DNA of 64,000 nucleotides from Balanoglossus misakiensis (GCA_040954595.2 CM082578.2:835740-899739), one strand, 5' to 3'; positions 38,701-51,069 are shown, counted from the first letter of the stretch. The notes: generated by a model from the letters alone, not told the origin. Numbers and translations: made by a program.

Positions 38701-41700
38701 AATAAATTTTCATTGTACTCAACACATATGATACTAATTAAAAAAGCAGATCTGACCTAACCATATTTAAACACAGAAATGTAAAAAGAAATTAACAATA
38801 GGCCAATAAAGTGTCATGTGTGATGGCAATTTTAGAGAGGCAGTGCTAGAGAAATTGATATTTGACTAAAATGATATACAAACCATTACATTACCAGCAG
38901 CTAACCTCCCCCCCCCCCCCATTTTTATCTCAAGTAATGTACACACAAGGCAGATAAGTCCCCCATAAACCTGGCTTCCTATCAGGTGTTTGCTGATAAC
39001 ATGCCAAATTTAAAGTAGGGATACATAACCAAAGTAAGCTGTTGTAAAAATCAGTGAAATTTCCATATTTGTGTTCTTGGGGCAATTTTGGCCGTTTTTG
39101 GTCTTAAATCATTTTTTTCTCTGATTGATTTGAAATTTGGGACTCAATTTTTATAACACATAAATGTTTGTGTACAACTTCTATTAAATCCTGATATCAC
39201 ATTTTTTTGTGCTTTTCTTTGTTAAAAATAAAACTAAAACCCTAGTTAGAAGGCCTAACTCCAGTCTATGGTCTCCAGTCTTGGTGATCGAGTGCCAGAG
39301 ATCAATTCCCCTGCTATGACTGATTACCCTTACAGAGTATTCATTGGCAGGATTTTTTTGGTTTGAAATAAAATAGTAGTTGCTGAAAACACAGGTCTTC
39401 AGGTACTTCCCCCCAGTCGTCCCACAATGCAATGCGGTTTTCAAGATGGCGGTTAATACAGTTTTGCCCTGAGAGAGAAGGGAGGACACGATCACCCCGC
39501 CGGGATAAATCAATCAAACTATTAAAAGAATTAAATTAATGACACCTATCAACGCCTGTTGTCAGACATTTAATGAGCGACTTTCGTACCTGAAAAGGGC
39601 AAATTAATACCGGCCTTTGTCTCCTTCACGATCACATGATACTGCACGCTATGTGTTACAAACAGTGCAACTCTAATATATACTTACTCAAAACGTTGGC
39701 GCTTTACGCTTTTAGCGATCTCCTGGTGTGGCCGCTTCTTTCTTCGCACATTCGATGGATGGGATTCAAAAAATCGACGACGTTGTTTGCGATCCATTCT
39801 CTATTGAAATGTAATCTATAATAACGAAGTACTGCCAAACTATATGCATGACGTAACGCTATTTAAACGTTTCATTTCATATCGTTGAGGGCGCCAAGAG
39901 TCCCGCAGAGTCGAATATATTGCATTGTGCGTGAATTCCCGCAGAGTGCCATTTATTGCACTGTGCGTGTCCCGCACTTTGGCCCCTCACTCTTGTCTTT
40001 TCGACACCCTTAAATACCTCACCAGTGTAGCCAGGTCTAGATAGAAACATTTGAACGGCAACAGCTAACAAACTCAGCGTAATTCAATAAAACGCCCTAA
40101 CACAGCCTGAACTCGGATAATGTGTTATCCCAAAATTCATTCCGTGGAAAATAATCACTGGTCTGTTTACGTATTTCACCCGATTTTCCAAGGACTACGG
40201 CAACCCGCCAGAAGTGAGTAGCCTGCTAATGAGATCTCCACAACATTACGTAATGACGGTCAAAGTCCGATGCCCCAGTGTCCGTCCTCAGCCCACCAAA
40301 AATGCGAAAAATATTACAAAAATCTTCTTCTCAAAATCGACGTAGCCTAGGACCTTGAAATTTGGCACAAAGGATTTTGGCCACATGGTCTACAAAAATC
40401 GCGAAAAGAATGTACATTCCCCCATTAACGTGCAAATTAGGTCAATTTGAAAATTTCGCTCGATTATAGCCACCAAGTCACGTGACTAATTACAAATTCA
40501 AAGGGCAGGTGCACTAGTACTCATGGGCCCCAATCATCGTGCCAAACTTCATAGGCGCAGGTGCCGGAATTTCAGAGAAAAACGGGAGCAAAAAAACGAC
40601 TCAAGAAGAAAGAAGAAAAACTCCAGCAATAACAGAAGGGGACCAAGCGCCTGAGGGCGCTTGGTCCCCTAATAATGGAGTCACCAGGGGAAAGAGATCA
40701 TTATCCATCTTGCAGTGTTTTGGTATGTATAACAGAAGGCAATATCTCCTCCTCGTCCACAGCCATAGCCTAGTATCTAGCCGTATTTTGTCCGCTTTGC
40801 TTCCAAAACTAGCATCTAGCCTCACTCATGCCACTGGCCCGATAAAACCCCATACCCCTTGCCGGGAATTGTGACGTATATATCAAATTATTGTGGTGTG
40901 ATCCAATATGGAAAGAATGACAATTGGAATGTTCATCTCTTTGGTTGAAAAAATAATTTTTCAACAATGATGTCTATTGCAGAGAGGTGCGATGTTGGTC
41001 ACTACTTTGACAACGGGACTTCTCAGTGCCAAAGCTGCCCCATTGGATTCTGGCAATCAGAAGAAGGAAAGTTTGTGTGTAATACTTGCCCAAAGGGAAT
41101 GCTTACATTAGTTGAAGGAGCTACTGATGAGTCACAATGTCAGGGTAGGTACTTGTGTTATTTGCTATTCTTGACTATCAATCACATGATCTGGCCATGT
41201 GACGTACCCATGGCGTTATCATTTGTTAGTGACAGGCAAGCAATATTTCGGCATCCAGTAAACTTTTTTCCGAGTAGGTTTTTACTTTAGAACCGCCAGA
41301 TATGTAACATATTCAACAGTTTAACAAACTCACGTGAGTGAAAAGCAGATAATCGTGAATATCAAAAAATTAATCTTCTCAATTCCAGAGGTATGTAAAT
41401 CAGTGGGAGTCCAACTTAGTGTCAATGGGTCTTGTGAGTCGTGTCCCATGGGAACCTATCGATCAAATGCTGAACTTCAGCCATCTTGTATGCCGTGCCC
41501 ATTTGGCTTCACCACAAGAACAGTCGGTTCAACCTTAAGTGAAGATTGTAATGTTCGTAAGTATTATGTATACAACTTTTCATGTTGTATCTCAACTGTA
41601 CTGAACTGAAGGTTGTATTATTGTGCCTCAGTTGTTCAGAATAATGATAGTCCTCCAATTTTATTCTATGCTCTTTTTCCATTCCATCAACAGCTTACTG

Positions 41701-43967
41701 CAATGTTGGTTGGTACTTGAATCAGGAGTCCTATAGATGTGAGAAATGCCCTGATGGAACATATAACTTTGAATTCAACCAGGATGCTTGTCAACCATGC
41801 CCAACTGGCTACACTACAGGCAGAGAGGGTGCCCTATATGAAACAGAATGTGATGGTAGGAATAATTTTTCATAATCATAGAACTGATAACATGCATTAA
41901 GTGCTTGTGGAGATCAACCTTAACTGTTCAATCTGACACAAACACTTCATTATAAGAACTTTTCTTCTTTATTTAGAGTATCATTTGATATGTTGTGTGA
42001 TCCAATATTTTTATATAATTTAATAATGCTCCTCTTTTAACACCTTTTCTGAAAATTTCACGGAAATAACAATATTGTAATACTGTTTTCTCAGAATTCT
42101 ACATGTTAGGCTATGGAATGTGATAACCATGCACTGCATCTGGGTAGTCATCTAACTTAAAGGTATACAGTCACCTCCAATTTACAAATGCCCATATATG
42201 GCTGAAATGGAGTATATGAGAGTTCTAAAGAACATATGGTGGCGCTCCTTTTTGCATGTGCCACCCACTGAAAATCTGTGATTGGCTAGATCTCCTTTTG
42301 CCATGGTAACTATAGCTAATTTTCCATAGGTGACCGTATACCTTTAACTGGTGATATGTATGAAGATCCCATAGTTTTATTTGGTGGTCAGTTAAAGACA
42401 TTGCAAGAATTTTTGTTTTCTAGATGCACATGAATGTCGTCTTGGTCTGGATGACTGTCACCCAAATGCCACTTGCAGGAATCTTGTACCAGGATATGAA
42501 TGCACTTGCAAAACTGGTTTCACTGGTGATGGAATAACTTGTACAGGTATGTAACTATCTACAACTGAAATGTCAACAGAAATATGCACAGCTAAAACGT
42601 AGACACTACTGTTGATTTTATGCTATTAAAGGGACAAAGTATCTCTCTTGCTGCCCTTTTTCCATTAATTATGTTTGATACAAGACACTGTTTTGTTATT
42701 CACCCGGTACATGTGGATATATAGTGAATCAACGTTCGACAGCACACAACTTCCATTCCGTTTGTAAGAAATCAATCTACAAGTGGGTTTAGTTCTTGTC
42801 TAATACAAATGGTTCGTCAGGTAGAATAATGTGATGTGATTTTATTCTTGTGTCTAGACAAATGTGAAGGGTTCTGCTCAAACAATGCTGTTTGCATCAA
42901 GGACAGTGATGGCAATCCTGTTTGTAAATGTACTGATGAATATCAAGGTGAAACTTGCCGCCAGAGAATACCAATGCAAGTTAAAGGTGTGTATACATTT
43001 CTTTGTCTTTAAATAACTCAAGAATAAAATACAATATTCACTAAAGTTTACACATTTGTTTGATCTACATGATTACAGTTTACGTTGTCTTGAAAATATT
43101 TGTGAAAATGGTGAAACTGCAACATCTGCAGTATAACTAGATTTTTGGTCTACTAACCATTTTACAATAGTTAAGCATCATAATGAATGGTTTTCTTGCT
43201 TTTATCATAGCATATCGCCCCCGTGACAAATAGAAATATTTAAACTCTTACAGATTCCTCCGTTGACACAGCTGTCATCATTGGTGGTGTTGCGGGAGGT
43301 TTAGCGGCTGTGTTAGTGCTTGGTGTAATAATGTTACTCATGTACCAACGGTAAGTTATTTAGTACTACCAGAGTAGAATATAGACAGCTGTAGAAATGT
43401 TGCCCATCAGAAAACTGGGAATTTACCTGTATCTTTCCATACATGCATGAGGCAACGTGAAAAATAATCACATCTGTATCGTGGAAGCAAATTTATTCAA
43501 AGAGTTCATGCATAGACCTATTCGCGTATAGGGTAACTGCAGTGCATCATGGTATAATTTGCGTTCAACATGCATGGCGGCTAACAAGGCAAAGTCACGC
43601 GACCAGACCGCAAAGTGTCCAACAACCACCTGCGTTATTCTACAGTAGTAACCACATCACAACAAATCCCACATTGATGATGTTCAACTATTTGACATTC
43701 AGGTGTGCTCTTGGAGGAAAGAAACATCCAGGCTGGGAAGAACAAGAGGCAACTATGGATATCCATTGGTTTGATGATACAGATGATGTTGATAGCAAGG
43801 CAGGGGAAAGTGTGGAAGATGAGGAAGCCTTCAGAGAAATCTATCACTACAATCCCATGTATAGTGGCGACAGTGGTAGTGCCAGTGGAAGTGAGGAATG
43901 GAGACCAAGGCCTCTTAAGAGTAGAAATGAACTATTTCATGAGAGTCACGGAGACAGATACTTCTAA
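14945..43967 (+). CDS. Uninflatable/SVEP1-like type I membrane protein, 3' part; one exon disrupted by insertion
   Basis: GT-AG exons in consistent phase: 14945-15145, 15549-15832 (LamG/pentraxin, EGF-like), 16568-16708, 17413-17508 (HYR), 18503-18703 (CCP), 19107-19359 (RRKR site), 19928-20076, 20671-20780 + 40671-40722, 40983-41144, 41389-41556, 41694-41855 (GCC2_GCC3 repeats), 42424-42546, 42858-42986 (EGF), 43254-43350 (TM), 43703-43967 (acidic tail, NPMY, stop). Confidence 0.88.
16178..16270. repeat. (CAT/CAC)n microsatellite, intronic
   Basis: Trinucleotide run between host exons. Confidence 0.95.
17604..17798. mobile_element. Small TA-flanked MITE
   Basis: tactgtaaaacgg...ccgttttacagta termini; related copy at about 19648-19860. 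Confidence 0.6.
20114..20198. mobile_element. piggyBac-like mini MITE
   Basis: TTAA-ccctttcac...gtgaaagga-TTAA. Confidence 0.55.
21574..22380. mobile_element. PIF/Harbinger-type MITE
   Basis: TIR ggctgcattcacaaacacctctggagggggg, TTA duplicated on both sides. Confidence 0.85.
22564..23070. mobile_element. PIF/Harbinger-type MITE, same family, opposite orientation, internally deleted
   Basis: Same TIR, TAA target duplication; interior is the reverse complement of the 21574-22380 copy. Confidence 0.85.
23447..23565 (+). repeat. Left TIR (119 bp)
   Basis: Reverse complement of 39901-40019 with no mismatch seen. Confidence 0.95.
23625..23845. repeat. Subterminal direct repeat, two ~110-120-bp copies
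   Basis: gatcgtgtttttgac...gatcgggcgatcaaccacccac..tcgacattttctact duplicated. Confidence 0.75.
25931..25955 (+). repeat. (TTAGGG)4 interstitial telomere-like tract
   Basis: ttagggttagggttagggttaggg. Confidence 0.8.
28090..28310 (-). pseudogene. BEL/Pao retrotransposon integrase C-terminal remnant
   Basis: Manual translation RKVLGRRFVSVDELQTVLNEIEATLNDRP / frameshift / LTHLSSDSEDLPPLTP matches the BEL/Pao EL..VL.E.EA.LN.RPL..PLTP motif. Confidence 0.75.
28480..32486 (+). CDS. Transposon-borne protein with NRF1/Ewg/P3A2-like DNA-binding domain; probable frameshift near 32272
   Basis: Exons 28480-29011, 29316-29516, 30789-30890, 31847-32304/32486, all phase-1 GT-AG. RELLPALVKCTTNRAQPLW..KPVWWPAETPY..SWVTRMKDVAKSCYQYYG parallels the NRF1 RAFIPEMLKYSTGRGKPGW..KPIWWPEDIPW..SWTQALRTIVKNCYKQHG as recalled. 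Start codon uncertain. Confidence 0.8.
30233..30647. repeat. 115-bp tandem repeat (~3.5 copies) with internal palindrome, bounded by 13-bp inverted repeats
   Basis: Units at 30241, 30356, 30471, 30586; palindrome gatagtatcgatactatc; ends tatcgtctagtat / atactagacgata. Confidence 0.85.
31227..31542 (-). mobile_element. Non-autonomous Crypton-like hairpin element
   Basis: ~140-bp hairpin (31230-31372) centred on cgagcgatagcgag, followed by ccaatca...ataat; mirrors the ends of the Crypton at 55699-58110. Confidence 0.6.
31956..32112 (+). repeat. 33-bp coding tandem repeat (PAAQIQQPESP), ~4.5 copies
   Basis: cagccagaatcaccaccagcagcacaaatccaa repeated in the last exon of the cargo gene. Confidence 0.92.
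34446..39797 (-). CDS. KDZ (Kyakuja-Dileera-Zisupton)/HMGXB3-like transposase, ~850 aa, 7 exons
   Basis: Exons 39797-39688, 38600-37699, 37476-37311, 36834-35995, 35765-35505, 35152-35087, 34653-34446 (2553 nt, no stop). Motifs: SWIM-like CSC..CLH, CxC..YDG, CPIC..LICDG, FCQHG, ESP, IYDNAC, VDRLHWKNH, NTQICEQ. Confidence 0.9.
39901..40019 (-). repeat. Right TIR (119 bp)
   Basis: Reverse complement of 23447-23565. Confidence 0.95.
42161..42343. mobile_element. Kolobok-like MITE
   Basis: TTAA-aggtatacagtcacct...aggtgaccgtatacct-TTAA. Confidence 0.7.
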
Positions 43968-45226
43968 TGTGCCATCTCTGTGTGTACATGTATGGTATAA
44001 TTCAAATGATAACTAGAATGGTTTTCATTTTGTGAGTTGACACAGTACTGTGATAAGCTTGGTATAATCCCATAAATGATAACAATAATAGTTATGCTTT
44101 GTCAGACGACAGTACTGTGATAAGCGCACATTAAATTGGTTGGAGTGAAACAGATCTTTATTATTACACTCTTAGCAACATCTGAATGAAATGATCATAA
44201 ATAATCATCTTTAAAGTATGTTGGTTATAAGGCTATATATTTTACATATTTTAAAGAATTTTCCTTAAAAATTTGTTATGACTTATTATAAGGTATTGTG
44301 TAATGAGAAAGATATGATAATACGTGAATTCCTAAACAACAACATATTTGTGTTGAATTTGGAGGACAAATTTAACAGTGTACCAATTCAGCTCTCCCTT
44401 TGCATGCTGACTTGCTTCTGTATTCATACAAGGCAGCATTTATCCTTAACTTGATCAGATAGAAGGTCTTTTCATCCAAATGCATAGATTATGAATTATT
44501 TCTCTCAATATATTCAGTGACTACCTCCCGATGATATATATCCTCCTGAATTAGTGCTTCAAATTTTGATATTTTTCTTGATATTTTTCTTTAATTTGAC
44601 TTCAACTGTCACCATTCTCCAAGACTGTAAAAGAAGGGAGATGATGATTAACTATTATCAATTTTTTTGCCCCTTGTACTGTCTTTACAACTGGCCGTAT
44701 AAATCTGATATTTGTTTGGCATGCGAATTTTGGAATATGGATGTGTATGATCACAATTATAAGATCCTCAAAATAAAAGATCCTATCATTTCATTTGGTT
44801 AATAACCAGTTCATAGGTGAATGAAAATATAGTTACTCACTTTGAGACCTGACATGTATATATAATAATTCAAAGTATTTATTCGCATATTTTTATATTA
44901 TTCATGGTGTTATAGATCAATGGAAATTTTTCAAATTAAATTCATGTATATAAAATGTAGCAATGTAATGTCATATGTGAAACCCTTAATCTTGATATTG
45001 TAATTCATTGTAGAATATGATTATATTGTGTTATTCACTCAACTTGTGCATGTATGTTTAAGATTCAAGCAAAATTACTTTTTTATACAAACTGTTCCTT
45101 TTTGTATTGTTCGGTGACAACTCATCAACAATGAAATAAGTTTGGGAAATTTTTGAACAAAGTCATGAAGTATAAGTACTATAAATAAGTTTAATATCTG
45201 TTTGAGTTGTCCTGCCAGAAGTCAAC

Positions 45227-46170
45227 ATTTTTAGCTTATACAAATACTGGTGCAACTACAGAACAGTTGAAGAATTTCATCATTATATTTATGTTTTAAT
45301 TACAAGTATATCAATTGTACCTTTTCCTTATATTAAAAGCATATTTTTATTATAATATTTAACTGAGTTCTTTGTCTACTTTTTTAAACTGACAATTTGT
45401 CAGTCATTACCATAACCCTGGTGTGTATTTCACTGTGTCCAGAGATTCTTCTGTAGTTGTTATAATAAGACATCAAACCAGGTCCAATAATCAATATTAC
45501 TCAAGCTAAGCTAATTACCAGGTCCAGGTTCAAAAAAGAAATTTTTAGCTTATACAAATACTGGTGCAACTACAGAACAGTTGAAGAATTTCATCATTAT
45601 ATTTATGTTTTAATTACAAGTATATCAATTGTACCTTTTCCTTATATTAAAAGCATATTTTTATTATAATATTTAACTGAGTTCTTTGTCTACTTTTTTA
45701 AACTGACAATTTGTCAGTCATTACCATAACCCTGGTGTGTATTTCACTGTGTCCAGAGATTCTTCTGTAGTTGTTATAATAAGACATCAAACCAGGTCCA
45801 ATAATCAATATTACTCAAGCTAAGCTAATTACCAGGTCCAGGTTCAAAAAAGAAATTTTTAGCTTATACAAATACTGGTGCAACTACAGAACAGTTGAAG
45901 AATTTCATCATTATATTTATGTTTTAATTACAAGTATATCAATTGTACCTTTTCCTTATATTAAAAGCATATTTTTATTATAATATTTAACTGAGTTCTT
46001 TGTCTACTTTTTTAAACTGACAATTTGTCAGTCATTACCATAACCCTGGTGTGTATTTCACTGTGTCCAGAGATTCTTCTGTAGTTGTTATAATAAGACA
46101 TCAAACCAGGTCCAATAATCAATATTACTCAAGCTAAGCTAATTACCAGGTCCAGGTTCAAAAAAGAAAT
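45227..46170. repeat. 314-bp unit triplicated
   Basis: Units at 45227, 45541, 45855; single copy in the second duplicon (about 55252-55566). Confidence 0.93.
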
Positions 46171-46231
46171 AAGAGAAAAACTTACAATTTCAACAGGATC
46201 ATCTTGAACCACTGCTAAGTGGTAGTACTCG

Positions 46232-46680
46232 CACAGGGGGCTGCAAACATGAAAGTTATAAATGGCGGAGTTCCTGCATTTTCCCCCAATAAACATTAAT
46301 TGATGAACAGTCTTTGTGCTTGTTTATTTTTCTGTGTTACCTCCACCTGTCTTAGCAGTTGCTAATCCAGAATACAAGCTATTGCATTTCCCATTAAGCA
46401 CCTGCTAACGACTTAATCTGTGTGCCCCATCCACGGATTTAGTGGATTAAGTAAACATCGGTCAGTTCTCACTTGGTAAGAGAATACCCAGTACTCGCTG
46501 ACCGATGTTTACTTTATTAACTTAATCCGTGGATGGGGCACACAGATTAAGTCGTTAGCAGGTGATTAATGGGAAATGGATAGCTTTTATTCTGGATTAG
46601 CAAATGATAAGACAGGTTGGGAAAACGCAGAATGGAACGTACTTCGCCATTTATAACTTTCATGTTTGCAGCCCCCTGTG
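46232..46680. mobile_element. Foldback MITE (~450 bp)
   Basis: TIR cacagggggctgcaaacatgaaagttataaatggcg and a largely palindromic interior; second copy at 55629-58489 is split by the Crypton. Confidence 0.8.
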
Positions 46681-49279
46681 GTACTAGGTGTCGGAAATGG
46701 GTAAGCACACCCTTCCAGCATGCTACACCCGTTAAGACTGACCCAAAGAGACAGATTTAAGTTGAATTTGACTTAACTAACAAATTACTGTTGCAAGTCA
46801 AATCCATATTTTGACTTTATCTCTGACTGAGCGCAGCGAGTCTGGGGACACTCCACGTCTTCCTCTTCACAAGCAGCCCACTTCAAGTTTCAGCAACATC
46901 CATAATAGTCCTAAAGTTGAGGTGCCAGTTAAAATTAGGTTTTTGGACCAAACTGGAATAGCTGCCGAAGTTTGGTATTTCAAATGATTGTCAGGTCACC
47001 TGTTTATTATATGACTGTCAGGTTTCTAACAAAAGGGAGATGACATACAATCACAAGTGTAAATCCAATGTTGAACATTACTTAAAGGGACAAATTGTTC
47101 AAATCCTCTTTTGAGCTTATTTGGTCAATTTTGTTTGATATGAAATGTGCCTATTATGCTGTTTGACTTCTTTAAACATGCTTAAATACTGGCCAATAAA
47201 TAACTCCACTATGTTTGAAATTAAACCAGATAGTACAATAATACATTCCAAATGTCATCTGTGATAACATCATGCTTTGGACGTTTTTACTTTATATATT
47301 ACATAACATGTTACGAAGGGGGGAGATAGGTGAGAAAAGGAATGTGAGAAAGGAGAAGAAAAGCAAGAGGGCGGAAATGAGAATGTCAGGATGGAAAGGG
47401 AATGAGGGGAGGACTTTGACAGAAGGGGAGGGAAGAGACCGAATAAGTGAAGGTGAGAGAGGAAGTGGTTAGACAGGAAGAAAGGAAAATTAAAGCTCAA
47501 TCACCACCACCACTACCACCACAATCATCATCATCACCATCATTGCCATCATCATTCTGGAGGCATCGTGGCCTGTATTGGCCCATGGGCATCATGGGCC
47601 AAAAAATGTGCATAAACCACACTTTTGTACGAACTCCTGTAACCGGTGACGCAAGTCGTGAGTGAATTTGTGGGCGTGTCGCGACCTTTTCTGTGAACGT
47701 GATGCAGAGTGATATATTGATGACCCCCAGCCACCCCACACCCTTTGGTAACACACTTCTTAAACTTTCTTTACATAGAATGGACTTCTCAAACCTTCCT
47801 TACCAAAGTTCTGATTAAAGACATCTATCTTCTAGGGTACTACCAACAGCGTTTCACGTGACTGTAGACAAGCATCAAGTACCTGTACACAGACAAGGGC
47901 GTGCGCGCGTCCACAATAATTTAAAACGAATGTTTCCACCGCCGTGTGTTTTATGCACATAAACACTGAATCAGCTTTAATATTGTCCCATGATGCCCCG
48001 TGAGTTGTCAGGGTACCAAACTGACAATGCTGGAGAAAAAATGAAGTGTTGACATGCATGTTGTTGAGGGGTTTCACAATGCATGTTACGGACGCTGGTT
48101 TCTCTTAGGAATAGAGTAGAGGCGTAAGGATGGGTTGATCTTGTGATTAAGAATTTTGGCAAAGAAACAGAAATTGTGTCATTTAGTTTTGTATTAAACC
48201 CTATTCGCGTATTTTGTGTTAAAGCACTAAATACTGCAATAATGAGATACGGTAGTATTTAACACATATCATATATGATATAATATAGCTTTATCAATAC
48301 CAGTGAATTTTGTGACGTCATTGCTGTACATTTTTTTATCTTTTATTTAAAACGCACAATGTTACATCAACAAATCAAAAGAAGAAACGAACTGAAAACT
48401 CACATCATAGCTTCAAAATTTATTACACTTTCTGGATGGTTGCATGATTCCTAAGGCTTGTATACCTTCAACCTCAATGTCACGCGGGAGGATTGGTGTT
48501 GGGAATGTAACGGGGAATTAAACTCTATCGATGGGGATAACTCGCTTGGCTAATACTGAGAGGTACCTATATGGAATCGTGCTGACGTCCAGATACATCG
48601 ACACGAACACTGGGTATTTATGGTAGCAACTGAGGATATAAGAATTTAATGAAATAAACCTACTCGACCACTTGCGTTCTGAGGACAAGAAGGACACAAA
48701 TAGTCCGCCATCCAAAAGACCGTTCCAGCATTTTATTTTTACCTGCCAAAAGACGCGGAGATATATTTTTAGATGAATGATCCATGCATACTCTGATTGC
48801 ATAGTACTTGTCTTCCTTGTGTTCCTTAAAACAATAAATGTATTGTATTTTCTTTTCTTTTCATCAGGAATGCGATAACTTTCTTAACACTTCAAAAGTT
48901 TCTTTACTCTTCAATCACTTCTGTCTCAACTTTTAAGTTTAACTTTTACTTCCAAATCTCAGGTCACAGACTCTATAGACTGCTAAACAATTTTCTTCCT
49001 AGTGTTGTATGCGCCACTTGTGAATTTTTGCGAGTGAGATTCACGGGCGTTTGAGCACAATTTATACAAAAGATGTTTATCGCCATTAGAAAAACGTTCG
49101 CGTAGAATCAATGGCGTCATGGTAAATTTTAGCTGCATGCTCCAATAGGGATGATAGGGAGACTACTTGTTGTAGAGCACCTGAAAATGTACGTATTTCG
49201 TCACTTCCTTTTCGCGAAATTTAATTCTTAACGGCATCTTAGTTTTAAGATTTGTGATTCCGTTTTTCTTCAGTTGTAC

Positions 49280-49590
49280 ATTTGCATCACGGGATACTTC
49301 TTTGTAGACTATCGAACCTTGGCATCTCAGACACAGTACTAACATGGTTTACATCTTACCTTCAATATAGATATCAAACTGTAATCATCGAAAACACTGC
49401 AAGTTCACAGTCACCTCTCGTATACGGGGTGCCACTGCCCCTCTGTTGTTCACCATTTATATAGCCCCACTTTATAGTAAACTGATTCGTCCCCACATCC
49501 TACAATTTCATCAGTACGCCGATGATAACCAGCGATACCTCGCCTTTTCCCATCAAGATTCAACCTCTGACGTTCCTGTCTTCTAAGAAT
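49280..49590 (+). pseudogene. Decayed L2/CR1-group LINE RT fragment (duplicate at about 61072-61380)
   Basis: H.ILL.RL..LGISDTVLTWFTSYL..R.Q.V...YGVP then QYADD. Confidence 0.75.
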
Positions 49591-51069
49591 TGTTGAACTT
49601 TAATTCATGCAGTTTGTTGTTACGGCCGGTCGTCCTCCGGACGTTTACCTCATCGGCTTCTGCGGGGAATCAGCCACGTCCGAAAGCTGACGGCGTACAT
49701 TCTCTCCATCTCCTTCTCCACCCAACATATTCATAAAGTCCGAGAGAGGTACCCGGCAGATCATAAACCTTTCGTAGACAGAGACTTGCAAGAAGTTTTC
49801 CGAGTAACACAACGTTCTGGTTTATTACTGGTCACACGTAAGAATTACACGACTCGATCCATGCTCGTTGACTCCCATCACGGATCTCCGGTGATAAACG
49901 TGTGATCTCAAATTTCACCACACGTTATTAATACGTTAGTCAAGTATTAAGTCATAAAAGGAACACGTCATCTTGATATTTCTTAAACATGAACTTAGCG
50001 CGTGATATCTCTATCTCGTTCTGACATGTATCAATTACACAATCTTGTTTACTCTGGGTCAAGTACCAATGTCAATACTGGACTAAAACCATATAAGTGA
50101 ATGACTTTTTACGTAATCATAAACAAGATCTATGATCGTTAAAACTCAATCGTGACACTTCCCACTTTTCCAATAATCGAACTTCCACGTTCGATCAAAG
50201 AAAGAATGAAAACGAAAACCAGGTCTGCGCTATCGGTTTTAAAAACACTACGTCAAAATCAAACTCAATAATCCCCTTTAAAATATCACAGCCTGTTCAA
50301 ACAAATTAAAGAAAATCGCATAAAACGTTTTCAATGTCAAAATTCAAAACGACTTCACTGTTCTGACTTCTCGTCAAAGAGTGTCTCTTTTCCAGTGCAA
50401 AATTCAACAGTCAATAACCGCGTAAAAAAATTAAGTCTATAGTTCTTTCGTACAAACATTCTCTTCACTGCTGTACTAACGGAGCAGGCACATTCCAAAG
50501 ATGCTCTCGAACACAATAACGGTTCCGGATAATACCGCCAAGTACGGAGCATTTCAGAGTGGATCATAATGCAATACAAGCTCGTAATAAACAGTAAAAA
50601 TGAATACACTTCATCATACTGTCACGTTCAAAAATAACCACGAAACGAATTCTTATGTGAAAGGATGCGTAAGACTACAATAAAATCAAGCTTAACTTCA
50701 ACTACACTCTGGGACTTCTCTCTTGTCCCTCGTTTGAACTCACATGTCAACTCAAAGGGCCATTTTCATACGCCAGACCGTCTCCCTTGCGGTCATTAAA
50801 ACATCACGACTTCATCACCAGACCGTCTCTCTTGCGGTCATCACAAAAACTTCAACAACTCCTCAAAAACCTATTAAACTTCACTACACTTCACGGCATC
50901 ACTTCAACAAAAGAATACACATTTACAATGTCGAAAACAATGCAAAAACTTGGTGGAAAACAATATCAAATCAAAAGCGGTTAATAACGGTCAGTCAACT
51001 CACGTCTACTAACTCTTCTTATGTGAAAGGATGCGTAAGACTACAATAAAACTCAAAGAACCACTCTTC

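Larger units (their letters stand above)
23446..40020 (-). mobile_element. 16.6-kb KDZ/Zisupton-like DNA transposon with cargo gene
   Basis: 119-bp TIRs (23447-23565, 39901-40019), direct repeat accagtg at 23439-23445 and 40021-40027, internal KDZ-type transposase. Confidence 0.9.
20781..40670 (-). mobile_element. HINE-like element inserted in a host exon, expanded by nested insertions
   Basis: 3' stem-loop and subTIR at 20781-20816 (aattaaagctgcaagcagc...gggcccaagc); 5' hairpin aggggaccaagcgc-ctgagg-gcgcttggtcccct at about 40637-40670; removing it rejoins the exon in frame. Confidence 0.85.

Noticed and set aside
23452-40013. Reading the large element as Kolobok or piggyBac with a TTAA TSD
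   Set aside because: The inverted match extends beyond TTAA (aggtat), a separate flanking direct repeat exists, and the transposase motifs are KDZ-type.
47270-47754. ORFs in purine-rich and CAC/CAT tract (also 59075-59446)
   Set aside because: Low-complexity sequence; indels between the duplicates break the frames.
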